Assembly: GCA_964016885.1 (NCBI GenBank)
Contig: OZ024744.1
Location: forward strand, 76,136,001 to 76,200,000
Reading direction: 5' to 3'
Length of the DNA stretch: 64,000 bases
Source: Eledone cirrhosa
Taxonomy: Eukaryota
The notes beneath the pieces are model-generated. The model was not told the origin of the DNA. It searched no databases and saw nothing but the letters and a program-made list of their open reading frames with translations. The position numbers were made by a program, and so were the translations under genes. Shown piece by piece: positions 1-13,489 of this stretch. Position 1 is the first letter of the stretch. Every line of letters starts with the position of its first letter.

Positions 1-1100
1 ACGACGCGCCTCCGCCACTGGGGCCCATTGAACGGCTTTCGTCCCGTCGTGTCTGAGAGCACGCACCCTAACTCTGACAACGCAGCCTTCGTGCTTTGCA
101 TTGAAGAATTGGTCAAGGGCCAATTTCGCAGAAAGCACGTCGGTCGCAATGCCTTTGCTAAGCGACTCGTCTAATTTTCTAACTAATTCTCCCTCTGATC
201 TATATTTCTCTATTGCTAAAGCCTTACTAAACCTAATCGATTCTATTCTAATCGCTCTTTTCAGAGCAAACCACCACTTGTTGTTGACGATGGCCCCCGT
301 CAACGCCCGCTTAACTAGTTCGCTAATCCGGTCTCTGTAGCCCTTGCGCGCTGGTAAGGGCGCGTTTAGCTTCCAGTAGCCGAGTCCTCGTCTATGAAGC
401 CTATCTAAGTCAAGCACACAGATCACGAATTTGTGGTCCGTGTAGCTGACTATCTTGAATTGTGGACAGCCTATGCTAGACCTATCTATTTCCCTACAAA
501 ATACTCTATCTAGATATGATCTGGATGACCCTATACGATTTGTCCAAGTCCACATTGGCACATTCGGGAAATCCAATCGGTACCTGTCAGACAGTTCAAA
601 ACGCCTGAGCAGGTTGCACCCTCCACCTCCATCCGCTAATCCCACACAGTCCCAGCGTGCATCTAAGATCCCGTTCCAGTCGCCCACTAACACTAAAGAG
701 CGGGACGTTCCAAGAAAGTTCTCCAGACGCCGGCAGAAATCAGGCCACCCTTCTCCTGTCGGGGCATAGACGGCCACTAGCCTGAACGCTTGCCCGTCTC
801 CGCTGGTCACGTCCAGCACCACCAACTTACCCTCTGGGTCCAGGAAGATGGCTCGTATGGCGAGATGCAAACCTCTCCGAAAAAGCACAGCAACTCCTCC
901 CCCGATCCAGGACGGCTGGGAGATGAGTACATATCGTAGCCGCCGAAGATCGGTGCGAAGGCCCGTGCTTCGGAGATTCTGGTCTCGCTGATGGCCACTA
1001 CATCTATGTTTAGTGACCTGGGGTCGTTGAGCAGGTGACCCTGCTTCCATGACGACCCCAAGCCACGCGCATTTATGCTGCCTATTCTGAGTGAGGTCAT
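1..1100 (-). pseudogene. Tx1 copy A ORF2, APE endonuclease portion
   Basis: MTSLRIGSINARGL...ISETR, then after a frame change near 900 the frame continues GGVAVLF...GDWNG...YLDR...TDHKF; 12-nt deletion near 610 relative to copy B. Confidence 0.88.
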
Positions 1101-1135
1101 GTTTAAAATAGAGTGGTAAAGATGGGAAAGACCAC

Positions 1136-3269
1136 TTACCGTACTTTTCGTAGAGGAGGGATGGTTTTTCCATCCCTTTTCACTTGATCGTCTGGTGAAG
1201 GGACCGTTGAATCGTCCCTTCGGCTGGTCGTCTGCTCTTCTATGAGTATGTCCGAATATACTCTTCGGTTGATAGTCCCTCCTAGGTATCTGAAATGACC
1301 AACTGCGTTGGGGAATTTCGTTTTAATGTTTGTGTATTGTTTCTGTGCTATTTTTAGCAGTCTTATGCTAGTTGGCGTTTTGATTGGTGCTGGTATTATG
1401 TAGTCGTGTTGTGAAATGTCTGTGTGTTCAAGTATGTAAGTCATTAGTTTCTTGTTGTGTGTATTTATTGCCGTGCATTTGTTTTTCTGGGGGTGGGGTG
1501 TGGTTCTGCTATTTCCTTGTCGTTGTTGCTGCGTGTGTGTGTTTTGTTGTTGTGTTTGCGATGTTGGTGCTTGTGCTGGTGGTGTTGAAGGTGTTGTTGT
1601 TGTTGGCGGTGGGGTTGTCGCCGGTGGTGATGGTGGTGCTAGTGTGGGTGGTGATGGTGTTGGTGGTGTTGCTGCTGTGAGTCTCTTTGCAGTAGCCTTT
1701 ACCCTTTTTTCATTTCTTTCCTCCCTTTTCGAAAGCGACGATGCGCTGCTTCTGCGTTTGTGCCTTCTTACGACCTTTTGCCATCTCTCTCCCACCTCAC
1801 ACTCCATGTCTGATTCTGTGAGGTCGGGGAGGGGTACCAGCTCCACTCTTTCACTTGTTGTTGTTGGTGATGTTTGCACTGGAGTCTCTGTTGCAGCTGC
1901 ATTTGGTATTGCTGTTGTTGTTGTTAATATTTCCACTGCTGCTGCTGTTTTTGATTTCCGTGGCGTGGGTATGGGTGCCACGGACCTATCGTTCCTGGTT
2001 GCCGCTTGTCTTGTTGCTGGTAGCCGTGGAGCCGGTTTCGGAAGGAGGGGGGTTTTCTCCTTTCTCAGGGTCTTCTCGTTGCAGAAGGCCCTAAGGTGAG
2101 TCTTCGATCCACAGCGAAAGCATTTCGGGCGTTTGCCCTCAACACTTATGGGCAGTTGAGTGCCGTTATCGAAGTCTATCACATCCGGGATAGCTTCGAT
2201 GCACTCCTGGTTGGTTTGGATTAACATCTCAATGGAGGTGCCGACCCAATCTTCTCTTACTTTTTTCTGTACTTGCAGTACAGTTGTTTTGTCCTCGATT
2301 CCGACGACGACAGACGCGGCCAGCCAAGCAGGGGCCATCCCGGGGGGAGGGGGCGTTGGTCAGTTTGACCCTCACAATTTTTTGCCCACAGTAGGAGGGC
2401 ACCAACACCATTTCCTCGCTCCTTAGGGTCACTAAGGATTGAGCCTTTGCTTCCTGGGGTGTGGCAAAAAGTACGTCTACGGTGGCATATTTCTTGCCTC
2501 GGGTGATGTGCGTTTTCCGCTGCCACACAGACCCCAAGGCTTTTTGTATTTGAGCCTCTGTGGCTCTTTCAACCCTACGGGATTTTGTACTTACTGTACG
2601 GTACGTGACCGTACAGTACTGTTGGGCTTCGAAAAAATTTTCGGCTGCCTTGCAGATTGCTCGGTGTCCGGTTTTTGTCACCATCTTCTTCGCTTCCTCT
2701 AATTCCTCATTTGTTATGAGGATGGTTTCCAGGTTCTTTGCGATACCTGCAAATGAGATTGGTTTTTCTTTGCTGCTGCTGTTGTCGTTGTTGTCCTCAG
2801 AGCTGCTGTTACTTTTGTTGTTGCTGCAGGTACTACGACTACTGCCGCCGCCGCTGTTGCTGTGGTTGTTGTTGTTGTTGCTGCTGCTGCTGTTGTTGTT
2901 GCTGCTAATGCTGTTGTTGTTTATGCTGCTGCTGATGTTGTTGCGGCTGCTACTGTTGTATTCCTTGTCACTGTTGCTGCTGTTATTACGGCTGCTACTG
3001 CTATTATTCCTGAGGTCAAACGAATGAAATGGGTTTTCGTATTTCCCGCACACCTTTTTCGTCGTTGTCGTCGTCGTCGTGGAGAAATCTTGCTCGCTTT
3101 GCACGTGATTTTTCTTTTCTGGCGTCGCTTGCGAAAGAGAAGGGAGGGAGAGAGACACATTTAGAGAAGGGAGGGAGAGAGACAATCTTCTCTCTTCTGT
3201 AGTGACGATTGAGGAAGAAGAAGACGGAATGAGTGGGAGTGACCTATGAAAATTATTTTTCGTAGCCAT
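1136..3269 (-). pseudogene. Tx1 copy A ORF1 (gag-like: S/N low-complexity region, conserved core, CCHC knuckle, Pro/Thr-rich tail), frameshift near 2345
   Basis: ORFs 2229-3302 and 1136-2338 join at a G-run; CFRCGSKTHLRAFC knuckle; core homologous to 22496-23512. Confidence 0.85.
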
Positions 3270-3484
3270 GTTGTATTTTTGTTTAAAATAAATATTGGGC
3301 ACAAAACCCCAATAAGCGGTTATTTAACCCCGAAGGGCCAAATAACGGGCAGAAAGACCCCACTCAGGAGGAAGAGGGTATTTTTGTCTACAAGTTGGTT
3401 AAAGTTTTAAACAATTTACAATTGTTATAGCGGTCTAAATTTACAATACCTTACAGAGCCGAGCTTCCGTCAACCATAGCATTC

Positions 3485-3543
<59 letters not shown>

Positions 3544-3580
3544 GAAGAATAATAATAAGAAGAAGAAGAAAGGAAGAAGA
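3485..3580. repeat. (AAT)n grading into (AAG)n
   Basis: Directly visible. Confidence 0.97.
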
Positions 3581-4499
3581 CGCACGTGGTGGGATAGAAG
3601 GTCATGAAATCGCTCCCGTAAGTTTTTGATTTTTAACATATTTAAATCAATTGTGAAATAACAATTCTTAGTACAAATGATACATAAAGCACCAGACTCA
3701 AGTCTCAGAAAATTTCGGATCTATAATATATTGTTATATCGTTCAAATATTCAATTTTGTATTATACATTTTCTATTCAAAAAAGAAAATGGTTATAAAT
3801 GGAAGAAAACCCCCTCTGTCTACACTATATAGAACAGCCAAATAACAGCAATTTCACCACCTACACCATCACCCCTCTGTGTACACTAAATACAACAGCC
3901 AGATAACGGCAATTTCACCACCACCACCACTAATCCCAGCATAATAATAATAATTACTATTATTATTGTCTCAAGTTTTAACAAAATGTTTAATTCTAAT
4001 ATTAAGATAATATGTCAACACATATATTAAACATACGCGACAAACGCATAGATACACAGATCAAACAAAACTACAGTCTATTCAACAAAACTCAGTAACG
4101 ACAACGCCATCACTATAGTCACCGCCGCCACCATTCCATCCATCATTGCTACCACTATCCCATCACCACCGCCACGACTCCTTCATTGCTAACACCACTA
4201 TTCCCCCATTACCTTCTGTTAACTTAATAAAGGGGAAGGTGGCGGTATCACTAGACAAGGGAGAGGCTAGCAAAAGATATATATAGATTGACTTAGTGAC
4301 CCGGCCACCGGCCAAACGTCAACGACTATGGCACTGCTAACTCCCCTCTTCCCCACCAACGATAGAAAAAGCCTCAGCACCACCACCGAATAGCCAACAA
4401 CAGTAATAGGCAACTTCATCAAAAAGTATATTATATTATTAATAATTTCATTCTTAAGCCACGCAATGCTCACATTAAGGAACCACTCATGATAATAAC

Positions 4500-7400
4500 A
4501 ATTTAAAAAACAACTAAAAAGAAAACCCCGTGACCAAGAAATACCGGGATGGCGGCCGGCGGGGAATAGCCGTGTCTCTAGGGGAGGGCGACCACTCTAG
4601 TCTTGGTGGACACTCGTCCTAGAAGTGGTAACACGAAATGATTACCCCTTGGCGCATAAGGATAAAGCGCGACAAAATAAAGTAAATGTCTAATGATAAA
4701 ATCTCATACCGGATCGGCCGTCACCTGGGTCAAAAAGGGCCGCGTCCCTCAGAGAGGAACCAGACTAGGGTCGAAAAATCAGCTAATGGTTCAAACCTTC
4801 CCATCACTTCGGAGCTGGAGACCTTCCATAACCGGAATACTCCAACTGTTGGCCCTCCATGCTCACCACCAAGAAATCCAAAGAAAAAGAGAGAAAAATG
4901 GTCAAGGGAAGATAATAAAGAAGTCCTTGAGGCTTTCTACACTTCCATGTACTACCCATCAAATACATCGAATACAGAACAGATATATATCAACTGGAAA
5001 AAGAAACATCCCGAAAACAGAGGCTATATTGACAGTAACAAACTAGCCAATATACGAAGAAATATTGTAAAAAAAAAGTTACTAACTGATATAGAAATTG
5101 ATCAGATCAAGCTATTAGCACAAAGACAGCGAAGGGAAAATAAAACATGTGTCAGTGAAAACTAGGTAAATTGTAACACTTTGAATCCCAGGGTTGAGGC
5201 GGAATCACTGACAACAGAACAAATTAAAGAAAGGATCGAAAAAGTGGAGGGAGTGCATGCTCAAGATGAAACTCCAAATGAAAACACTGAGATCGTAAAT
5301 GATAAAGAAATGAATGAGAATGAACTTGCCAACTTGAAGGATGACATTATGATCGAATGGATGAAAATGAAAGAATCTGACATGGGGGAACGAGACACCC
5401 TCCCTAAGATCCAGAACTCCAAACAGAACCAAAAGATAATACACAAGACTAACATAATTCTCAAAAACATTATCATCACAAACAAACTAAACATTACTGA
5501 TTTAAATCATCTCTATTATGCATCGGCTAAAGTCACCAGTCTCTTATGTGGAGTGAAGATGAAAAAAAACAAAGGAATTCCCACAAGAAATCTACTTGGC
5601 AAGAGAACATCAATCGCCAAATAAACCTTCTCTGATCTGACATAGAAATTTTAACAAACTACAAAGTAGGTGAACATGTTAAACAAACTAAACTTAGAAA
5701 ATTGAAAAGAAAGTACAGTATAAAATCAACAAGTGACATAGACATGCTGATAGAAATAATCAAGCAAAAAGTGTCAGCCAAAGCTGCTCGTATAAGGCGC
5801 TTTGAAAAATGATCTAGATTCTATAAGGTAAATAATATGTTAAAAAACAACCAAAGAAACTTCTACAGAAAAATTGGTAGGTCAACAATAATGCTAAATT
5901 AATACCACCCAAGGAGGAAGTGCAAGAATTCTGGGAAAAGTTCTGGGCCGAAGAAAATATTCATAATATACATGTCCCATGGATAGACAGACAAATGAAA
6001 GATACAGCTCACCTTGAGGAACAAACATGGGAAGATATAACAGCTGAACAGTTGCGTTTGGCTCTAAGAAAAACCAGCAAATGGAAATCCCCAGGAAAAG
6101 AGAAAATACCAAATTTTTGGATAAATGCCTTCACAGAGCCTCATGAGCTGTTAGCCCAACTTTACAATGAAATGGTTAAGGAGCCAGGAAAGATACCATC
6201 ATGGCTAGTTAACGGCATTACATTCCTACTTCCGAAGAATGATGAGACAAACAATCCCCAAAATTACAGACCGATAACTTGCTTGACCACATTTTAACAT
6301 CAGTCCTAACTGAATATACATATGACCACCTGATAACAAATGATCTATTTCCCAATGAGCAGAAAGGGTGTAAACGAGGCTCATATGACTGTAAAGATCA
6401 GCTATTCGTTAATAAAATGATACAAAATGATACTGGAAGATTGTCATAATAGACACAAAAATCTATCAATTCCTTGGATAGATTTAAAAAAAAAGCATTC
6501 TATAGTTTGCTCACAATTGGATTGAAAAATGTTTAGAGATTTTTCAAAATATCTCCCGCTGTCAGGAGGGTCCTGTCATTCAGTATGAAGACATGGAAAA
6601 CGACACTCCTTTTGAATAGTGAAAACAAATCACTGGAAGCTGAAGAAGTTAATATTAATTGTGGCATTTTTCAGGGTGACTCGTTATCACCGCTTTTATT
6701 CTGCATCGCACTTATACCATTAAGTAAAATGCTCAATGAAACAAAACATGGATATTAAGTCTATGACAAAACCATTAATCACTTGTTCTACATGGATGAC
6801 CTGAAACTATTTGCAAAAAATGATGAACAATTGCAAGGGCTATTATCCACTGTGAAGCAGTTCAGTGATGACATTAAAATGGAGTTTGGACTAGATAAAT
6901 GCGCCAAAGCAACGTTCACCAGAGGATAGCTGCTGAAAAGTTCAGACATTAATCTTGATCTGGGAATGTGATAGGAGAACTTGATCAAGAGGAAACTTAC
7001 AAATATCTAGGTGTTTGTGAAGGAGACGGAATCAAGCACTCGACAATGAGGGAAAGGATAAGGAAGGGATGTTACCGCAGGGTAAGAGCAATCTTAAGAA
7101 CGGAATTAAATGCAAGGAATAGGATCGATGCCATAAACACGCTTGCCATACCAGTAGTAACCTACAGTTACAATATCATCAACTGGTCAAGCACAGAGAA
7201 CCGTAGGCTCGATACAAAAATTAGAAAATTCTTAACCATGCACAGAATGTATCACCCTAAGGCAGATACAGATAGAATATATCTCCCTAGGAAAGAAGGA
7301 GGACGTGGGTTAATCCAGTTAGATGTTGCGTTGAAAACTGCAACAATTGGATTATCTACATATCTAAGGGAATCACATGATTGGATGATCAAACTCGTTT

Positions 7401-7648
7401 TGAAACACGAAAGCATCAAAAGATCATACTCCATTACAAAAGATGAACAAAGATACAGTAATGGACTACAAATTTCAGAAGTCCCATTTACTGCTGAAAT
7501 GGAAAACACAGAAAAAGCAAAGCAGGTAAAAGTAACTGCAAAGAAAGAACTGCTACAGAAACTGGCTAAGAAATGGCAAGAAAAGCTTCTGTATGGAAAA
7601 TACCCAGAAAGAGCTAACAATCCTGATTAAGCAAGATAAATCAAGCTG
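4500..7648 (+). mobile_element. R4/Dong-clade non-LTR element copy 1, decayed, RLE domain deleted
   Basis: N-terminal KREKWSREDN; RT motifs WKSPG, NYRPITCL, GIFQGDSLSPLLF, YMDDLKL, YKYLG; ends ...AGCTG then (TAA)n; closely similar to 24236-26776; 5' boundary approximate. Confidence 0.9.
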
Positions 7649-7664
7649 TAATAATAATAATAAT

Positions 7665-7912
7665 GCTTTCTTTATTAACCACAAGGGTTTACACAAAGTA
7701 GACATTACGGACAGTGCAGGACAATACAGGACGGTACAAATGGGCATTTCTGCGTGTAAAAAAACAAAAACAGAGGATGTAAAAAAAAAGAACAATGAAA
7801 AATTCCACAATAGGGGGAGACATCCGAGGGCCATCGTGGAGAATGCTCATTAAAAAAGCCACGGTGACCCTGATCACCATGGCAAGTGCCATCTCACAGG
7901 TTTCTACCTTCT
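7665..7912 (-). mobile_element. Tx1 3'UTR-only fragment
   Basis: Matches 18325-18568; AAT repeats on both sides. Confidence 0.9.
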
Positions 7913-7971
7913 AATAATAATAATTGTTTCTACTTTTGGCACAAGGCCAGACTTCTAATAATAATAATATC

Positions 7972-8297
7972 ACGAAGAAAAGACAAGAAAAGGGGAGGCA
8001 GAAAATTAACCGATACCAGGATTTATAGTGGGAGTAAAAAAGGATTTGGAACTGCCATGAAATCAAGGTGGTCCCGGTTGTCAAAGGCGCACTAGGTACG
8101 ATCTCAAAGAGTTTCCAATGATGGTTAAAGAAGATTAGTCCAGACCCCCTTTTGGAAGACTTCAAAAGGCATGCTTGCTGGGAACAGCAAGAACTCTCCG
8201 ATACGTCCTGAATGTCTGAGGCTGCAGGTAGCATGCTTGCTATTCATTTCAACAAACTTTCCAGTTAAATAACATCAATGACTGAGACTCAAAGAGC
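7972..8297 (+). mobile_element. 3' fragment of another R4/Dong-like family
   Basis: Translates as KINRYQDL..IKVVPVVKGALGTI..LQKACLLGTARTLRYVL (RLE C-terminus); AAT flanks. Confidence 0.8.
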
Positions 8298-8309
8298 AAT
8301 AATAATAAA

Positions 8310-8903
<594 letters not shown>

Positions 8904-8982
8904 ATCTAAGGCGGGTAAAATTCCCGAGATCCATGGACGAGTTTTCTCCAGCGGTCTCTGTCCCTCATTATCGCTGCCATGA
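8904..8982 (-). mobile_element. RTE-like LINE 3' tail fragment
   Basis: Near reverse complement of 38160-38237; encodes [11 protein letters not shown]. Confidence 0.7.
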
Positions 8983-9019
8983 AAGGACGATTGATTACTC
9001 CTTCATTACATTTATTTGC

Positions 9020-9106
9020 AGGTCACGCGCGTTTCGCCACTGATCAGCTCAAGTTTCGATCTGTATCGATCTTACACGACTCTATAATCGGCAGCTCGAC
9101 GGACCC
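9020..9106 (-). ncRNA. Hammerhead-like motif, left pLTR (cleavage triplet GUG, probably inactive)
   Basis: Near reverse complement of 13114-13200. Confidence 0.5.
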
Positions 9107-9217
9107 TTTAAAATGTTATAAGAAAATGAATACATGCTATATGGTAAAGTCAGAAGTTCATATGTTGGTAATATGAATTGTTTTGGTTGGTGGAATAGAT
9201 CATAGGGATGTATTCGT

Positions 9218-9490
9218 CTGTAGTCTATGTGGGGATGGATGTGATGATAAGATGTTGGTGACGGTCGCTGGCTGGGATAGGCTGTGGTGTGGGGGTGGCG
9301 GATTGACTTTCACCTGTAGTGTATGTGGTTGTGGATGTGATGATAAGATGGTGGTGACGGTCGCTGACTGGGATGGGCTGTGATGTGGGGGTGGCGGATT
9401 GACTTTCACCTGTAGTGGATGTGGGGGTGGATGTGATGATAAGATGGTGGTGACGGTCGCTGACTGGGATGGGCTGTGGTGTAGGGGTAG
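9218..9490. repeat. 96-bp tandem repeat (~3 units) inside the pLTR; ~2 units inverted at 12811-13002
   Basis: CTGTAGT recurs at 9218, 9314 and 9410. Confidence 0.9.
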
Positions 9491-12400
9491 TGGATTATCA
9501 GTAGACAGGTTGGCGTATATTTGTGGGTGATTATTGTGTGGTGTGTGGGTGTGGTGTTGTTGTTTATGGTAATGGCGTTTGTGGTGGATGTGTTGTTGGT
9601 GTCAAGTCCATGGGGAGATACATACCTAGACACTCTTAGTTTGACAAATACGTTGTATACATATACATGCGTATATATACTGACATTTATGTTAGCAATA
9701 TTAAGTTCTCCACGCTATGAGGGAATTAATTCTGTGAGAGAACATCGTTATTTTCTCTCTCATATCAAGAATTTGAAGAAAATTCATTTTCACCTGATGA
9801 GATCAGTGATAATCGATCATGGCTTCACAACGATCTATCCCTTATTGAATCATGTGTCGTGATTAAATGATTGGAATTTTACCTTGCCTTCGGATTTTCA
9901 TTTTTATATATATTTATACTCACATACATATATATATATAAATATACTTACACGCAGACACACACACTTGCGTTGGTTTGAGAGGGAAGGTATGTGTTGG
10001 CGATGTTAATGAAGTTAATGATTGTTGAGGTATGGAGTTGTGCCTTGTGGTGGCGATGGTGGAGTTGTGAGCGACAAACTATATGCAGGATCAAATAATA
10101 CAGGTTAAAAGGTGACATAGGGAACAAGGGGGGAAAAGTTTGTGGACGTATAGCGATGTGTGTGGTCATGGTGGTGGGGGTGGTGGTGATGGGGTGATAT
10201 GCTCAACAATATATTTACATGATCAGATGTTACGGTGGGTTACAGGGTAAAGCAGACAGAGAGGGCAGATATAACACAGTCGTTCTGAGAGTGAGTGATG
10301 ATATGTGTTGATGATGTTAATGATGTTAATGATTGTTGAAGTATGTGGATGTATCTAGTGGTGGCGGTGGTAGTGTGTGCGACAGTACATTTACAGGGTC
10401 GAATTTTGCGTGGGTTGTAGGTTAAGGCAGACAGAGGGAACTGGGGGAATAAGGTTGCGGGTGTGGGATGGTAGACATATAGCAATGTGTGCTGTGGTGG
10501 TGGTGGCGATGGGGTGATATGGTCGATATTATATTTACAGGATCAGGTGTTGCCATGGATTACAATGTAAAACCTGACAGAGGGGACAAATAGAACCCAA
10601 TGTTGCAAAGTTGAGGGGTGTATGGCGATGTCAATTTTGGTGGGGGTGATGTGTGCGGCATGATATACAAAATACGGGCTTACAAATGGTTACATGCAAT
10701 AAAATAAAATAAATTCACTGAGATGAGGGATGGTGAGACGGGGCAAAGGTGGTTATTATTATGTTGGGTCATGGTTAGTGTGCGGCCCTCCGCCAAATGT
10801 TTGTGCAGAAAATGTGTTCAGCCTGGTGTGTCTGCAATTGATAATTATGTCCGACCTATAGTTTATGGCAGATTTTAATTTAATTATTTCTGCCGCCTCG
10901 GCCAGGCATAACCTTCAGTGGTTTCTGTCACTGGGGAGTTGCGCCACGCATCTTTTGACTGACCATGTGATCTGGAATTCGATGTTCCTGTCCTTGAGGT
11001 CTCAGAGCAAATCGGCCAGTCTGGTTTGGGATCGTTTCAGCCTATGTTTAAAGAAGCTTCTATGGTTATACCAGCACTCCTTAAAGGTAGTGGAGGTCGC
11101 ACCTATATATGAGTACTCTTTATTGCCGGCTGTGACATCACACCGGTAACAATGTTTTTAACGAGGCACTCACCGTTTAGTGGGCATTCAGCCCGTTTTT
11201 TGCAGTTGCAATTGGGTAATACCGGTATGGTAGCACGTTGCCGGTTGGTGGCATGCTGTGTGGAGCTGGCATGTAGGTTGTTGTGTTGTGTATGTGGTTT
11301 CGTTCTGGGTTGTGGTAGTGGTTTGTTGTGGGGCAACCATGTGTTTGCGTACTTTTGTCCTATTAGTGTGTGCTATTGTGTGGCCTAGATTTGGTGCTGT
11401 GGAGAAAGAGAATTTTACAGTGTGTCTATTGAAGAGCTTGTGGTATTTATATGTGTGTGGTAAAGATTGTTCAAGAGCCCCGAAGAAGGTTCCGGGTATA
11501 TTTGTGGCAACGTGTATAGAATACGGGGCTGTACCATGTGACAGGTCTACTTCGGGCTCTACGGTGTTTAGTGAGGTTTTTGTGGTTAGGTGGTAGTTTG
11601 GGTGCGTTTTGGTCAGGCGTGTGTGTCATAGGGGTTTCTAGTAATCTATTGGCGTTATGTCTTTTATCTCTATTACTACGTAAACGTGTGCGATAGTCGG
11701 AGTCATAATTGGGGTTGGAGAGTATAGCTTTATCTCCTTGACAGTTGTGTGTAACGCTGCTTGCCCTGCCGGCTACAGAGGGTCTTAGGTTATTATTTGT
11801 TCTAGGTGTGGTGACCTCTTCTATGTTCGTTTCTAAGGGTCCGGTTATGTTTGGCAGCGTTACGGTTCTATTTGGGTTGATGTAAAAAATCTTCTCAATG
11901 TAACCAGCGTTTTCAAGTGCGGAGTTGTAGTATTCCGCGTGCTGGCTGAAGATAGTTCTGTTAGCCGACAGAGTGGACACTCTATAAGAAACGCTTTTAA
12001 CTATTGAGTTAATTATGCTCCTAGGGTGGTTGGAGTGTCTGTTGACGTATTTAAGATTTTCATTAGGTCTGTGGTATGGACGGTAGGGACTTGAGTCTAA
12101 TTCTAGGGTGACATCTAAGAAGTTTACTGTCCTACTGTTAGGTTCAATTTCTACCACTAATCCTTGGGTATTAAAGATGTACCTAAGTCATTTGTGTAGT
12201 CTATCTAATTGGCTATTATTGAGTCCACGGGTCATTAGTAGGGCATCGTCACGGTATAGGCCACCACCCAAGGAGGGGATCGCGTCTGTTAGTATATTTA
12301 GGAGGTATATGCCTACTATATCTGTAACCTGTGCGGAGTCAGTCGATCCCATAATAATGTCGAAGAAATCTGGTATATTCTGTCTCTCCCACAATCTACC

Positions 12401-13113
12401 GTCAAATTCTAGTAAAGTTTTCCTAGCTACTAGTATGATGTCCACTTCCTTTCTAGTGAGGCTTGATCTGTTCATGGCTGAGATCATTGCCTTGTTAAGG
12501 ATGATTGGGGATATAGATGCGTAGTAGTTCGTAATGTCCAATTGGACTAATCGAACATTCGACTTAGTTTCAATGCCACAAAACCAATCGATTAACCTCC
12601 TTTGTACAAGACCAGAGGCTGAGTTTAGTTTTATTTCTAAGTTCAGGTATAATCCGGTCAATGATGGATTTGCTAAGTCTACCTGGGTCCGTTTTAGTAA
12701 GGGCTATGAGTCTGACTGGTAGTTTTGACTGGAAGCCCGCTTTATGGTCTTTAATAGATAGTCTCGGTGTCCTAGGGTTGTAGGGATGAGTCCTGTCGCC
12801 AATGCTCAGTCGAAAGTCAATCCGCCACCCCCATATCACAGCCCATCCCAGCCAGCGACCGTCACCAACATCTTATCATCACATCCACCCCCACATACAC
12901 TACAGGTGAAAGTCAATCCACCACCCCTACATCACAGCCCATCCCAGCCAGCGACCGTCACCAATATCTTATCATCACATCCACCCCCACATACACTACA
13001 GGCGAATACATCCCTATGATCTATTCCACCAACCAAAACAATTCATATTGACCAACATATGAACTTCTGACTTTATCATATAGCATGTATTCATTTTCTT
13101 TTAGCATTTTAAA

Positions 13114-13200
13114 GGGTCCGTCGAGCTGCCGATTATAGAGTTGAGTTAGGTCAATACAGATCGAACTTTGAGCTAATCAGTGGCGAAACGCGCGTCACCT
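13114..13200 (+). ncRNA. Hammerhead-like ribozyme with variant core CCGUCGA and long stem II
   Basis: Stem I GGGT/ACCT; stem II GCTGCCGATTA/TAATCAGTGGC; GAAA; palindromic stem III ACGCGCGT; GUC site; AATAAA just downstream. Confidence 0.6.
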
Positions 13201-13350
13201 ACCAATAAATGTAATGAAGGAGTAACCAATCGTCTTTGTTATCCTTTCAATATATTACACTCTGTATAGATCTACACCTCAACAGAGAAGTGAAACTAAA
13301 TATCGAGTGCTCACTCGAGTGAACCTGCAGTAACTCCAAGTTACACTCCC

Positions 13351-13442
<92 letters not shown>

Positions 13443-13489
13443 TATATACACACATACATATCTACACACACACACACACACTCAATAAC

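Larger units (their letters stand above)
1..3484 (-). mobile_element. Tx1/L1-clade LINE copy A (5'UTR, ORF1, start of ORF2; runs off window start)
   Basis: ORF1 with CCHC knuckle followed by APE N-terminus (SINARGL, ISETR); 5' end abuts (AAT)n at 3485; ORF2 part nearly identical to 20865-21976. Confidence 0.92.
8980..13350 (-). mobile_element. Penelope-like element (Naiad-like), 5'-truncated, with inverted pseudo-LTR
   Basis: RT motifs QLDITNYY, IMGSTDSA, GGLYRDDAL, VNFLDV; CNC..CPLNGECL linker; GIY-YIG (NIV..YIGAT), xRLC, CRH; 8980-9410 is inverted at 12811-13245. Confidence 0.9.

Noticed and set aside
1384-3164. Hydrophobic plus-strand ORFs (also 22318-23844)
   Set aside because: Antisense shadows of low-complexity Tx1 ORF1
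9218-9490. 96-bp repeat as a CRISPR-like array
   Set aside because: No unique spacers and no cas genes; lies inside a eukaryotic pLTR
9790-9830. CTGATGA-GATC...GATC as a hammerhead
   Set aside because: No GAAA or stem III follows; at most a truncated remnant
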